A DNA stretch of 64,000 bases from Octopus sinensis (GCF_006345805.1 NC_043015.1:2356001-2420000); one strand, 5' to 3'; counted from the stretch's first letter, positions 1 to 15,663 are shown. A program made the numbers and translations. The notes: generated by a model not told the origin, from the letters alone.

Positions 1-703
1 TTTTTTGTGATGTTTTTTTTTTTGTTCGAAAACGTTTTATTTCGAGTAATCATGATTTATTAACGAAGAACATTATCTTATGACAGGAACATTATTAGTT
101 TAACATTGATGCATCTCCAAAGAAATGCACACAGTATTTAGTGAACTGCAATATAGACTGTAACAAGAAGAGATACTATAGCTCAAAGGCAACATAACGC
201 TAGTTCGTTTTCTTTGTCTATGGCGTTCCTAGATTTTCTTATTGCACTGCCTTAATTTTCTAACGTTATCTATTGTTAGCCATAAAAACACACATTTCGA
301 GTTATTAGAAAATAATGTGACACAATTCTTCGGGAAAAATTTTCCCTTCATATTCACGTTTCTGTTCTGTTTAACTTTATACTAAAAGCGTTACACGTAA
401 CAGTCCTTGGAGAGGAAATTTAGCTTCAATTCTAACATATTTAATAGGATTTCGTTGTGTAAATGATCCAAGATATCCCAAATACGACATACTCTATTTG
501 ACGTCTTGCATGGTATAAGCTAATGGACCATTATGTATATCATAGATCGACGTGTTATAATAAAAGTCACATCTCTATGAAACAAATCATACTACCCATA
601 TTACAGGGGAATGGATATTAGAGGGAGTAGTTTTGAATTTAGAAACGCATGTTATAAAGAATTTTAAACCTGCTCACAACGGAGCTGAACCGTAGCTAAT
701 CAG

Positions 704-939
704 TACCTATTTCTGTACTACCCACAAGGGGCTAAACACGGAAGGAACAAACAAGGACAGAGAACCAGATTAAGTCAATTATATGAACCCCTGTGTGTAT
801 CTGGTACTTAATTTATCGACCCCGAAATGATGAAGTGCAAAGTCGACCTCGGCGGAATTTGAACTCACAACGTAATGGCAGACTAAATACCACTGAGCAT
901 TTCGCCCGGCGTGTTAACGTTTCTGCCAGCTCGCCGCCT
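704..939 (-). mobile_element. tRNA-derived SINE, family A (octopus-type)
   Basis: Reverse complement starts GGCGGCGAGCTGGCAGAAACGTTAAC (A-box-like), has GAGTTCAAATTCC (B-box) and ends GGGTAGTACAGAAATAGGTAC; same sequence recurs at 7663, 27586, 55078, 58591. Confidence 0.9.
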
Positions 940-990
940 TTCAGTACCACCAAAGGAAACCATCAAGCCATTACACACCATCATGCCTGC

Positions 991-1395
991 TCTTTTACTT
1001 GTTTCAGTCATTTGACTGCGGCCTTGTTGGAGCACCGCCTTTTAGTAAAGCAAATCGAACCCAGGCCTTATTTTTCGTAAGCCTAGTGCTTATTCTATCT
1101 GTCTCGATTGCCGAACCGCTAAGTTACAGTGACGTAAACACACCATCATCTGTTGTCAAGTGATACTGGGGGAGGAGGAGGACGAACTAAGACACACAAA
1201 CACACACACATATATACATATACGTATATACGACGGACTTCTTTCAGTTTCCGTCTACCAAATCAGCTTAGTAGGCTTTAGTCGGCCAGATGCTATAGTA
1301 TAAGACACGTGCACAAGATGCCACGCAGTGGAACAGAACCCAGAACCATGTGGTTATTCAATAAGCTACTTACCACACAGCCACTCCTGCGCCTA
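991..1395 (-). mobile_element. tRNA-derived CORE-type SINE, family B
   Basis: Head GGCGCAGGAGTGGCTGTGTGGTAAG, CORE-like CTTGTGCACGTGTCTT, internal (TA/TG) tract, tail GGCGGTGCTCCAACAAGGCCGCAGTCAAATGACTGAAACAAGTAAAAGA; homologous copies at 9567, 35193, 48564. Confidence 0.9.
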
Positions 1396-1479
1396 TGCTA
1401 CTTACCACACTGCTCCTATGCATGATCACTATCTTAAAATTTAGATCAGAATTGTAAAGCTATTACTACAATTGAATTT

Positions 1480-2060
1480 GAACTCCTTCGGAAATCCATG
1501 TAACTTTCTTTAGCGTCTTGCGCTGTCCAAATCGTTTTCACATAATGAAGTAGGCCCAATTCATTTGTTTGATGACAAAAGTAGCTGCAATTTTTTTCCT
1601 TTTGAGACCAACCTTGCTCATTAAAGACACAACTGATATATCATACAAAAATAAATATACATATCTCAAAAATGAATAGACACCACGTCGTTGCTGAAAG
1701 TTTTATTTGTTCGTTGAGTATTTGCTGGTTGAAGAAGAGTTTGTGTTCTAACTGCCTGCTCTGTTACAGTAGCAAAGTTGATGTCATGGAAGTACTCCGA
1801 ATCATTTGGGGATTATTTTTAGTTATCTGCTTCACACATCTTCTACACCCATCAGAGGAGTTAAGTCAATCTGATTGGAACATTGTTATTGCCTTTACTT
1901 TGCTGATGAATTGCACAATCACTTTGCTTGCCGTGGAAAGTGTTGTTCTAAAGATTCGTGCAATCTTAGACTGGATACGCCGCCTCAAAATAGCCCACAA
2001 TGCAACCTCACTGACTATTATGCTCTACAAATTTACTTCTAACTCCTATGGCATGTCAAG
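1480..2060 (-). pseudogene. Possible highly decayed Tc1/mariner transposase N-terminal part
   Basis: Minus-strand translation gives IARIFRTTLSTASKVI (HTH-like), RRCVKQITKNNP and KQMNW..*KR, resembling Tc1 N-terminal motifs; several stops and frameshifts. Confidence 0.3.
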
Positions 2061-4046
2061 TCGCTAAAAAAATTAATATGTAATCCGAAATGTAATATAA
2101 TAAGACATTCACAAGTTTCAAACACCAGGTATTGTTAGCGGTACAGATAAATTTGTCTGATAAATTTGTCTTTGAGTTTTCTGTATATGTTTGGTCCGGA
2201 TAAGGCTTTTGATCACAAATTTGGTTTGATATTTTTTTTTACGATATAGATCAACCAACAACGGTTTATATATACATCTAATCTTTTGCTGTTTTCAGCC
2301 TTTAGAGTGTGCTAGAATGGGAGACATTCTCGATGAGTTTAAGCTAAGTAAATCAACCAGAGCACATAATTTGAAAACCAGATTCTTATTTTATCGGTCA
2401 CTTTTGCGGAAATGCTAAGTTATGTAGAGGGGAAAGAAGACACAAACACACACATATACATACATATTAATACACAGAAATACATATAAACTCTTATATT
2501 CGACGTGAGTTTTGAAATCCAGTGTACCGAATCCCCAAAATGGTTTTGGCCAGACCGTGGCAACAGTAATAAGCACAAAAGAAACTGAATCCGAAACCAT
2601 ATTGTGGTCAAGTAAAGATTTTGCCTCCCGACCGTGGCTGGGGCTATTGATTTCCAACACCTTCGTTTTAACCTCCACTGTGTTACTTTACAAATCTCCA
2701 GTTTTTAAGAGTTACTATTGCTTAAAGCGATAAGGTATCACAATGATATATCTTATATGATGGCTTTCAAAGAAGCGTGGCTTCGTTGTTTCTCATGTTT
2801 CTGAACAAATCATTTTTTAAAATTAAATGTACTGTTAAATGAAATGTACAATGTACATTAGAAAAGGAGATATGTCTTTCTGGAATATAACTTGTTGAAC
2901 GGGCACAATCTTATAGAACTATTGTCATCACCGTTCTTCTCATTATAATTATTAGCAAATATATTGCACACTGGAAACGTCTCAAACGCACAAGCATTCT
3001 GTAACTTCCATAAAAACACACTACTTCCAATTTCTCTGGGAGTATTAAAACAATGTTGATATCGTAGCTGTTGTTTCCATATAGTTGTTATGTATTACTA
3101 GCGCGAATAAGAATTATATCTTATGACACATCAGCCGCGATAATAACATATTGTGTTCATACATATGACTATATTGTACAATGCGACGGTTCTTGCTTAG
3201 TAGTATAACGAGTAAATTTTTTACGAGTGTTTTTTTTTTCATTTGATTTACATCGTCTTGCTTAGAAGTTTCCTTTCGTTCCTGGTCGTAGGTCAGTTTT
3301 AGTTTTACAAGCCTGTTAACGAAACCGAAATTCTATTTACAATTTACATGACACAGTGTAAATAAAAGTGCGTAATCCCACACGACCTTCCCGTTTAAAG
3401 AGGTTATGTTGTTTGTGAATGTGAGGGCCTTTTCTAAACTATTTCTGGCAGATCAGTAAAAAAAAAACAGAGCGGAGTCTCACTAATACGCTTGAAAATA
3501 ATGTTATTTTCAGTTATGCTAAGCAACACATACTCATTTGCACTCAACAGCAAACACAGACATAATGAAATATCTTTCAGAAAGATTTTATCAATGTTTG
3601 AGACTAATTTTATAAATCTTGTATAGCGAAGAAAATTTAATTAAGTCTTATCGGATATGACCGTTCCGATATTAATATATACCTGTGTGTGTGTGTGTGT
3701 GTAGGCATGTGCGTGTGTGTGTATGGAAGCGTTCGAGCGTGTGTGTGTGTCAGTGTGTCTGCATGTGCGCATGCGAGTGTATGTATGATAATATGTGAGA
3801 GTGATTTCTTGTTTGCGTATGTGCTTGTATGAATAGGATTCTGTGACGATGTATGTGTATACCTTGCTGTCTGCGTATGTGTATATATAGACGAGACTAT
3901 ATACATATACATATATATTCATAGATATATACTCATAAAGATACTCGTATGCATGTATATTTGGCCATACGTATATACAGTATAAAGTTATATATTATCG
4001 ATTTCACATTACCAGCCATGTATATGTGAACATAAACATATGTATA

Positions 4047-4048
4047 TT

Positions 4049-4137
<89 letters not shown>

Positions 4138-4940
4138 GTGTGTATATATATGTGTGTGTGTATATATATGTGTGTGTGTGTATATATGTATTTATGTGTA
4201 TATACATATATATATATGTGTATATATATATGTATATATATATATGTGTGTGTATATATATATGTGTGTGTATATATATATGGGCATATGTATATATATA
4301 TATATATATTTGCATATACGTGTCTAAATGTTTATATATACATATATATAATTACACATACATATATTAAATATTATATATGTGCGTGTGTGTACGAGTA
4401 TATGTGTATATATACGGATGCATACATACACATACACACATACATACACATATATTTGTATATTCACAATATACTATTGTATTTTATCCTATTGTGTTGC
4501 AAGATGTCGGCTTATATTGTGAGCACAAATATTATTTCCAGTAAATTACATTTTCAACATTTTTATTCAATTATAATTTTATGTTTTGTTAACGGTTTCT
4601 TTTTTTGAAACTTTTATATACATTGATCAGCTGTCTCCTATTCGGTCTGTGATAAGATATAATCACACTATACGCGCACATACACGCAGACACAGACACA
4701 CACGCACAGACACTGAAACATGTATATACCTATATACCTATATATATATATATTATATATATATACATATATATATATATATAAAAATATACACACACAC
4801 ATATATATATATAAATATATATATATACATATAAATATATACCTGTGTGGATATACATATATATATATATATATATAATATATATATAAATACACACACA
4901 CACAGACACACACACACACACACACACAACACACACACAT

Positions 4941-4996
<56 letters not shown>
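4047..4996. repeat. Compound (CA)n/(TA)n/(TG)n microsatellite arrays
   Basis: Direct reading; two blocks at about 4047-4460 and 4690-4996. Confidence 0.95.
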
Positions 4997-4999
<3 letters not shown>

Positions 5000-5197
5000 G
5001 TGTTTGTATATATGTGTGTATATCGGTATGTGTCAATCTTATATGCCTTTACAGAAACATCTGTATTAAAACGCATCTTATCTGTGGTAACTGTCAGTAA
5101 ATATATTTACCTGATCCTCTCAATTACACCCTGGGAACCTACCTCTTCTTAAATGCTACAGAATTATGTCCCAGACGTAGAGAAATTAGAGAAACAT
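4990..5197 (+). repeat. Left arm of a long inverted repeat (partner 7490-7662 plus 7902-7960)
   Basis: 5025-5197 is the reverse complement of 7490-7662 with about 13 mismatches by eye; homology resumes beyond the SINE at 7902. Confidence 0.9.
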
Positions 5198-5559
5198 TTG
5201 GACACAGAGAAATTACAAACATACACATATACGGACAGACAAGCGCGCACACACGCACACACACACACACATACACAAACTCACACCCTCACACAATCAC
5301 ACGCTGACAAGTAAGCGCCTGGTATTTATACGATATTTGCAGGAAACTATTTTTGAAAAATGATCTTTGTAATAATAGACGCAGTTGAATGACCGGGGCT
5401 CTCAGGTTGTTTTGTCTGATTGTCGGGTCAAATTCTGTTTTTGAAAGCATTCCGCCTTTATGAAACTATAGTTTTGAAAATACTTTAGTTAGAAAATAGG
5501 CTATAAAAAATGTTTTTTTCTAATGATTCATTATGCATTAAGAAACCTGACGTTTGAAC

Positions 5560-6500
5560 GAATCGCTGTATGAAAGGAAACGATACAGTAAAAGAAGAGC
5601 TCGGATATAGAATATATATTAGTGGAATATGGATAGGAAGAATCTGGGAATTGCGACGAACAGAAACGGAAAATAAATTTAATTAAAAAGAATAATGCAA
5701 AACAAGAAATGAGAAAACCCAGATGGTTACGAAAAAATATGAGAAATATGCAATAGTTACTAAGATATTTTCAACTAATTCTATTGTGATATAACAAAGT
5801 ATATCAGTGGAAAAGGTGAGAAGTAAAACAATATAACTATTTTAGAATGCAGCGAGGAAAATAGTGACAAGGAAGTGGGAAGTAATCTAAAGTGTGTCTA
5901 GCGTGGTGTGAGGGAGAGAGAGATTAAATGAAAAGAAAAATCCTACTCTATATTTGTAAGTGGCGTTTGGAAGTGTCTATTGTTAACTGTTATTTGAATA
6001 GATTATATTATGAAAAACAGAATGGCAGGAAAACATTAAAAACAGAATGCTCCAATGTATTGAGTATCCACAACAGTTTGTGCTTCGTATGAATTACAGA
6101 TTGGAAGGGAAGATATTTTAATACATGCTTTGATACAGGGAAGTTATTTTAATACATGCTTTAGAATAATGAAATAAAATATTTAAATGGAAATTAATAT
6201 ATTATATTTGGAGAACAGAAATTGCAAATAATAAAAATAAGAAATGGAATATGATCTTTCCAGTAAAATGAAAGAGAAAGGAAATATTTAAGATAATTAT
6301 TGGGAAAGTATGCGATGCTTTATCTCAAAAACAGGGCAAGGAAGGACGATTACCGCAGTAGTTTCCGAAGAGATTGATAAATGAAATTACTTAGATGAAT
6401 ATATATTTTACTGGAAATCATTGTTGTTCAAATTAAATATTTTAAAAATATTCGTATACTATCAAAGAATTCAAGTGTTATTTTATACCATTAGAAAAAT
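5560..6500 (+). pseudogene. Possible ancient non-LTR retrotransposon RT/thumb remnant
   Basis: A/G-rich strand; NRLYYEKQNGRK near 5995-6035 weakly resembles the RLYLPRKEGGRG motif of RLE/RTE-type RTs; many stops. Confidence 0.2.
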
Positions 6501-6653
6501 CATATATGCGGTGTCAGCATTTTTGAAGAAATATATATATATATATATATATATAAATTAATCAATTTAGGGTAGCAAAAAATTAAATAGCAATTATTTT
6601 GCCACCAGCGGTCTAGTGAGAAAGAGGAAATAGTCAGAGACTATTAATAAATT

Positions 6654-6703
6654 CAACAACAATTGAGGAACGGCTACAATAGGCCGTTCCTCAATTGTTG
6701 TTG
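6654..6703. repeat. Perfect 21-bp-arm hairpin
   Basis: CAACAACAATTGAGGAACGGC-TACAATAG-GCCGTTCCTCAATTGTTGTTG. Confidence 0.95.
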
Positions 6704-6736
<33 letters not shown>

Positions 6737-7489
6737 TATAAACGTTTCGTAATAGAAATCTATAAATGTTTACCAATATCTTAGGTCGCCTTCATTTCGT
6801 AAATATATTCCAATGCACAAATATATTTTCGAAACCTATGTAATTGACATTTTATGTAATGAAAATTTAATACGCTATCATTGACGTCCGATCTCCGATG
6901 GGTAATTCTTTTCGTCAGGGAATCTAAGAGTTATAAACCCAGTCTCGAAACACACCTGCAACGATATAGGAAAAGAAATCTACTTTGTGACGTGAGATTT
7001 TATCGCAATCTCAGTTCAAGGAAATATTAAAGATTTATTTAGTTCCATACGATAACAGAATTGTCGATACCTCAACAAAAGAAGCAAAAACTCCTTTCTA
7101 AAATATTTAAGAAAACATAAATTGAGATAGAGGGAAAGTATTTAATTATACCGAGCAAAATAAGTTTGGATTTAGAACTGTCGTGGTAGTTCTGAAATTG
7201 GACTGATTATGTTAGAAAGTATACTTTTTCTAATTTGGTAGTTGTTCGCTTAAATGATTCTTTCCTATACACTGGTCACATAAGTGATCATTTATTACTT
7301 CTCATAATCAATTAATCCGTAGCTATCCTGGAGTAGCAAATTACGAAGATATCTATCTATATTACACCCATTCTTTCGGGGGCGGGGTCATGGGGGTAGA
7401 GTACTCAGATAAGCCCTCAGTAGGGTCGTATTACATAAAACCGTCTAGAAAATGTTCTGGATAGTTTCGTAATGTGACTCACTCGGGGT

Positions 7490-7662
7490 ATGTTTCTCTA
7501 ATTTCTCTACGTCTGAGACAGAATTCTGTAGCATTTAAGAAGGGGTAGGTTCGCAGGGTGTAATTGAGAGGGTCAGGTAAATATATTTACTGACAGTTAC
7601 CACAGATAAGATGTGTTTTAATAAAGATGTTTCTTTGAGAGCATATCAGATTGAAACATACC
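7490..7662 (-). repeat. Right arm of long inverted repeat (interrupted by SINE A)
   Basis: Reverse complement of 5025-5197. Confidence 0.9.
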
Positions 7663-7894
7663 TATTTCTTTACTACCCACAAGGGGCTAAACACAGAAGG
7701 GACCAACAAGGACAGACAAACGGATTAAGTCGATTATATCGCCCCCAGTGCGTAACTGGTACTTATTTAATCAACCCCGAAAGGATGAAAGGCAAAGTCG
7801 ACCTCGGCGGAATTTGAACTTAGAACATAGCTGCAGACGAAATACCGCTGAGCATTTCGCCCGGTGTTCTAACGATTCTGCTAGCTCACCGCCT
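7663..7894 (-). mobile_element. SINE family A with degenerate ~15-bp TSD
   Basis: Full-length family A sequence; flanks AGATTGAAACATACC (7648-7662) and AGATTCACACATACC (7902-7916). Confidence 0.9.
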
Positions 7895-7944
7895 TAATAT
7901 AAGATTCACACATACCGATATACTCTCATATATGCAAACACATG

Positions 7945-8520
<576 letters not shown>

Positions 8521-8544
8521 AATACATACATCCCTGATCTACAG

Positions 8545-8656
8545 TAAAAAAAAAACATTTGCTCAAAATGTCACGTAGTGATATTGAACAAGTTACCATG
8601 GCGTTGGGAATCAATTCCCGTATCCAAGGGCCATGTTTGTGCGTAAATCTACGCCT
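8545..8656 (-). mobile_element. Old SINE B 5' fragment
   Basis: Reverse complement ...CACTACGTGACATTTTGAGCAAATG matches the SINE B head/CORE region loosely. Confidence 0.45.
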
Positions 8657-8883
8657 TTGTACAAACATATAGAAATAGAAATATATATGTGTGTACAGGG
8701 TGGGTTGTGTATCTATTCGTATTTACATGCATATATAGATCGATAGAGAGATAAAAAGAAAGGGATTGATCGATACATGATAATAGTACAGATACATTTA
8801 TATTTGCGCGTATACGCATACATACACATATACACGGAAATACAAATATTAACATTAGATCAATAGATAAATACATAAACTGA

Positions 8884-8928
<45 letters not shown>

Positions 8929-9566
8929 TTTAAATTTATATATATACATATACATACCCATATGTTTCAAAATATCGTATACAAGCTCATATGTTAGTTT
9001 AAGCGCAACCACATAAATTTAATATACACATACGCAATCAAAAAATACCATCCCATGCACTGATACACACTTGCATGAAATACATGTGTTTATTTATGTG
9101 ATACACTTTGTGTATAACACAGAACCCCCCCCGCTAAAATGTGGTCAAATTTTCTAGATGTTAACTTTATAGCGACACTTTTTTTCTAACACAAGATGTA
9201 TAGGATCGTCTTGTTATCAATGTATGAGTTAAACTGACCACTAAAATATATATCGAACGTGCAATGTTGTGAAAGTTAAATGTACATCTAATTCAGTCAC
9301 AGTTTAACTGCAGTTTTAGGTACAACATTTAAACATCCCATTTTTGAGCCCATATGGTAAGAGCTATAACATATTTTACATTGCAGATACACTTTCATTA
9401 ACTTTCCACTAGCTATGTAGCGGTAGTCAATGTGGGTATCAAATATGTTGTGCTAGAATTGTTATGGTAGTCTTTCATTTCTCTCGAGTTGTTGTATGCT
9501 ATTATATCATATCCTGGTCATACATCTCATTAAATGATATTTATATAAATGAAATATTTATATGCA

Positions 9567-9932
9567 GGCGTAGGAGTGGCTGTGTGGTAAGTAGCTTGCT
9601 TATAAACCACTTGTTTCCGAGTTCATTCTCGCTGCGTGGCACTTTGGGCAAGTGTCTTCTACTACAGACTCGGGCCGACCATAGCCTTGTGAGTGGACTT
9701 CGTAGACGGAAACTGTGTGTGTGTGTATGCTTCTGTGTGTTTGCCCCCACCCTCAACACCGCTTGAGAACCAATGCTGGTGTGTTTAAGTCCCCATAGTT
9801 TAGAAGTTCAACAAAACTGACAGATAAAATAACTACTAGGCTTCCAAAGAATAAGTCCTGGGGTCGATTTGCATGACTCAAGGCGGTGCTCCAGCATGAC
9901 CACAGTCAAATGACTGAAACAAGGGAAAGAGA
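9567..9932 (+). mobile_element. CORE-type SINE family B, full length
   Basis: GGCGTAGGAGTGGCTGTGTGGTAAG...CTTTGGGCAAGTGTCTT...GGCGGTGCTCCAGCATGACCACAGTCAAATGACTGAAAC. Confidence 0.92.
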
Positions 9933-10057
9933 GCAGCATAACCTTGAAAACTAATGCATTAATGACTGATAGTTTAAACAGTTGCAGTGTTCTTGTAACA
10001 TCTAGGCAAAAGTGTCAATATTACAAGTAAGTTCTCTAGGTGTCGAGATGACAGAAT

Positions 10058-10475
10058 CCTTCTCATGCCTAGATGCATTTCGTCCGGCTGTACGTTCTCT
10101 CTTGAAACCCCGCCAAAGTTGAGTTTGCCATTTACCTTTTCGGAATCGATAAAATAAATATCAACTGAACGCTGGGGCCGAAGTAAACGATTTGCCCTCT
10201 CCCCCGAACTTACAGGTCTTGTGCCAAATATCTAAGCCAATGTTACAACAAAGGCCTTAAGGCGGCAAGCTGACGGAATCCTTAGCACATCTGGCTAAAT
10301 CCCAAGCGGTATCTTGTCCGTCTTTATGTTCTGAGTTGACCTTTTGTCGTGGTCGACATGCTATGTTATGCTCTCGGGATTGATGAAATGAGTTACAACT
10401 AAGGACTGGAATCGAGGGGCAATCGACTTACCACTTCCCACAAAATTTCTGGATTATTTGAAACCAATATTACAA
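10058..10475 (+). mobile_element. Two tandem, diverged SINE A-related copies (variant tail)
   Basis: About 10058-10245 and 10258-10475; second begins AAGGCGGCAAGCTGACGGAATCCTTAGCAC; both end ...CCAAT(A/G)TTACAAC. Confidence 0.7.
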
Positions 10476-12042
10476 CAAAATTTGGATTCCTCATTAATGG
10501 AAATTTCGTTTCATCCAATCTCTTCCTATCAAAGCGTTTCATTTTCACATTATTCGTATCTCTTAAATGGAAAGATATTTTTCGCCATTAATGCGTTAGG
10601 AACTGAGCGAAGATAAAGCCAATTTATGAAACGTTCCACATCAGATGTATCCAAAAATTATTGTTATCATTGCATAACTCGGGAATGAGCTTTTATCATT
10701 ATTAAATTTATATGAATGCAATGGAACTTTCACTTATCGAATATACGGGTTATCTCACTTTTACTTCCGGTGATTCTTTCCTTCAAATATTATACATGTC
10801 TTTGATGATAAATTTCATATATCTAATTCGATTTTGTGCTAAGTCTGTTGACACTCATTTTGCGCCGATAAAATGACCTCAGTCCGTTATGACTGTATAG
10901 TTAAAATACCTATGGGACCAAACGAGATTAAGGACATGATATACTGACATCAGATCAGCAATTTCAAGCACAAAGTCACTCCTACTTGTTTCTCTTCCGT
11001 CTAGGAGAGAGAAACTATAAAGTAAACAACACTTAATAGGTAAATCAATAAGAGTGCGTATCTAAATAAAGTGAGTCACACATTCTGAATAACAAGTATC
11101 TTCTTCAAATAAGGAGATAATTTCTAAAACGCTCATATCAATAGATATCAAAGACAATTATCAATTTTTCAGAATATTACATGGGAACCCGTAAACTACG
11201 TCGTATATAATAACTACACTTGATTTATATGCCTTTGATCAAGTATTGTGTAGGGTTAAATTAAAACAAGTGCCTCTCATATTTGTTGGTAATAATCACA
11301 GTAAGACCGCATCTAATTCGTCACACATTATTTATATCATTGACCCAAGGAAACAATACAAAAAAAAATTATTGATCTGATGCAGAAAATATATAGAGAC
11401 TACGCAAGTAGTTACCTATAATTTCATATGACTTTACCAAATCAATGATATAAAATTTGCCTTGCAAATTTTCTTCATGAATAGCTTTTGTATCAGGAAC
11501 TGTAAATACATAAACCCTGCAAAACAACCTCCATTATACCGATCTTAATTCAAACCGACGATTGAATCCTGGCCGCAGCACTACGAGGATGTAACACTTG
11601 CGTCGGGGACTTCCTGGACACAGTCAATGGAAGACCGTTCATTTCATTGTCATTATGTTATTCTCAGGCAAACCCAACTGTCCTAACCATAATTCTCCAG
11701 TAACAAGACATGTCGCTGCAGCAGTTGCTTCTGGTTTATACGACTTCATGCCCTGTTATGCTTGCCATATTCCCTCCTTTTGTCGCTCACATTGTGACCA
11801 CTTCGTAATACCCGCAGTTATTACTTAAACCAAACATCGTCTCTAGAATATGAAATATTATGGTAGATAGCTACTTTAACAACGTAGAAAGAAGGAAATG
11901 CCAACATGGCCTCGTCGAAATTGAGCTGATATCATAAATATCCATAAATTCCCAAATGCGTTTTGCTTGCTATCAAGGATATGCCAATTCACTGCCGTTT
12001 AAACTCCAGCGATGTATAAGAATAGCTATATCAAGGAGAAAT

Positions 12043-12124
12043 AGTAGTAGTAGTGGTAGTTGTAGTAGTAGTAGTAGTAGTAGTAGTAGTTGTAGTACAT
12101 GTGGTGGTCTTGGTGGTGGTGGTG

Positions 12125-12172
<48 letters not shown>

Positions 12173-12193
12173 AGTAGTAGTAGTAGCAGTAGT
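12043..12193. repeat. (TAG)n/(TGG)n trinucleotide microsatellite
   Basis: Direct reading. Confidence 0.95.
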
Positions 12194-12689
12194 AGCTATT
12201 CTGTCAAAATATACAGGTTTAAAAGAAAATATAACAAAAAAAACAGAAATAAGAAAAATTAGAAAATTAGAAAGATGGATAAATTGGAGATTGTTGTGAA
12301 GGATTTATGTATTTACTGCTTCTCATACGTAAACTATTCTTGAAGAAAATAAGAAAAATTTAGGAAATAAAATAGAGAATTAACAGAATTTTCTGCTACG
12401 GATCTAGTGGCTTACCTTCATCCGAGGAGTTAACAATATTTTAGAAGATGCTACTTTAGCATACATAAGAAGGAAAAACATAAATTAAGAGAAAGAACAG
12501 AAAGATATCCACGCAAAATTAATAATAACATTTGGATTAGCAGAGAAAGGCAGAATAAATAAGATTCTCTGATCAATAAAGAAATATTGAACGGTGTGAC
12601 AATCAATCTATGCAATCGCGCGCATGTGTGAAATGTATAAAATTACGTAAACCGCAGTATGCATGTGCATGCACTTTACACATACACAC

Positions 12690-13389
<700 letters not shown>

Positions 13390-13617
13390 ATACATGAAAC
13401 ATATATTGTTCATGAAGAATATAAGTGCGCATGATTGTGTGTAGTGCATAACATTATGATTAAACGAAATTCTGGAAATTTCGCTAATGACCGATTATAG
13501 ACTCCCCGTCAGTCTACCTAATACACTTACGCAAAACACACACGTTCCATATCTTACATTATTTTAACATTAATTCGAAAAGATACAGTTGTGTATCCAT
13601 GTATTTATCTATATATC

Positions 13618-13621
13618 TGTA

Positions 13622-13685
<64 letters not shown>

Positions 13686-13840
13686 AATCTATCTGTCTAT
13701 CTATCTATCTGTCTATCTATCTATCTATCTATCTATCTATATCTATCTATCTATATATCTATCTTTCTATCTATCTTTCTATCCATCCATCCATACATGC
13801 ATACATCCATCCATCTATATATATATATATATATATATAC
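13618..13840. repeat. (TCTA)n/(TCCA)n/(TA)n microsatellite
   Basis: Direct reading. Confidence 0.95.
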
Positions 13841-14309
13841 ACACAGGCATGCATATAGACACATTGTGTGTGCGTCTGTATGTGTGTGCATACACACAGA
13901 CGTACCATCTTGTGTATATATATTGGTTACGTTTACTTGCCTATATGAGTATACACTCATCGAATCATGCAATCACATGCACACAGAGATAAAGAAGAGA
14001 GAGAGAGAGAAAGAGAAAGAGAGAGAGTGGGTATTATACATGGAATGAAACCATATATAAACGCCTGTGCGTGTCTGTGTGTATGTGTGTGCGATTTTGA
14101 GTGTGTGTCTTTGTGACTGACTGAGTGTGTAAATGTGTCTGTCACTTCGTATAAGCACACTGATCGTGAGCAACGCAATTAAAGTGAGGGCGAGAAAGAA
14201 AGATACATCAGATTGTCACCATTGTTTACACTGCTGCTTAGTAGTTCTATGCTCACTACTTTGCTAACCAGACATACTATTGCATCACTAAACCAACTGT
14301 GTTCTAAAT

Positions 14310-14335
14310 TATCATTATTATCATTATTATCATTA

Positions 14336-14381
<46 letters not shown>

Positions 14382-14428
14382 CATTATTGTTATTATTATT
14401 ATTATTATTATTAGTATCATTAATATTA

Positions 14429-14500
<72 letters not shown>
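14310..14500. repeat. (ATT)n microsatellite
   Basis: Direct reading. Confidence 0.95.
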
Positions 14501-14501
<1 letters not shown>

Positions 14502-15544
14502 ATCTTCTGATTCTTCTTCATTTCTCTTCTCTTGCTATTTTACGTATTCTCTAATCATTCTTCCGTCTTGTCTTTGCTCATACTACGACTATTCCTGAAA
14601 AATGCAGATCAGGTGAGCAATTCCATTTAACAATCGTTAATCGATGCTTCGTACTCCTCCCATGTGTAACCTTTGGCTATTCCAGGATTCTTTTTTTATT
14701 ATTATTTTTTTCTTCTTTCTGTAATCACCGAACAGCTTTACAAAAGCGGGTTATATTCTTGCCATTGTATTGAAAGCCCAACTATTGCCATTGTGATTTG
14801 TTCTAATCTATCAGATACCCACAGGATAACTTCATCTTTCCGACTGTTTTTTTTTTGTTGGTCTTCTTTTCTGCACAAGTATTTGCCATTTGCTTTCAGC
14901 AATAGTTCTCCATTATTCCAGGTGATTTCTTATTTATTATTTTTAAGCTTCTTCTCTCTTTCATTTTTTTTGCGTATTTTCTTTCCTCATCTGTATTATT
15001 TTGAAATCATTTTTTTTTCTCTCTCTCTCTCTCTCGACGTTCGTTATTTGTTTCAATTCACTAAGTGCACATCTCTCAGTTGATATACGATAAAAGTAAC
15101 AAAAAGAAAGATAAAATTAAAAATCGATATCTGAAGAAACACGCCTTAACAATGAAATAAACAACAAAAATATTCCCATATTTCTTCCCATGGAATTCTT
15201 CAGTATAAAAATTCTTCAGAGTGTCTTTAACACAGTCCCGCATATAAGCTATTTTAAGCGAAATAAATAAAGAAAGAAGGAAAGAAAGAAAGAAGCAGAT
15301 ACAGTAAGATAGGAAGAAATACAAAGTTTGATATTGGTTTATTATATATGATCAGTAGTATATAATTTTTCACTGTGTCATTATGAGACTGTCTGATTGA
15401 TTAGGACTGAAACAAACAGTAGCGTTATTATGCTTATATTTTTGAACTGCGGTCGATAATGTTACAAACGTTCCGCCTAAGGTTCAAATCTCTTCCTCAG
15501 CTCCTACAGGAAGAAGATTTCTAATTTATGCAGCTCATTATGCA

Positions 15545-15663
15545 TACATACATAAATACATATATCCATACATATATATACATATGTATGTATATATGTA
15601 TATATAAATACATACATACATACATCCATACATACAACCATACATATATCCATATGTATATAT

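Noticed and set aside
1672-2067. 131-aa plus-strand ORF
   Set aside because: No recognisable domain; better explained as the antisense of a decayed transposase-like stretch.
6611-6647. CTAGTGA…GAAA-TAGTC-AGA-GACTA-TT hammerhead look-alike
   Set aside because: Core is wrong, and stems I and II do not pair.
15455-15510. Minus-strand CTGAGGAAGAG…GCGGAAC motif
   Set aside because: No GAAA/stem III/stem I pairing.
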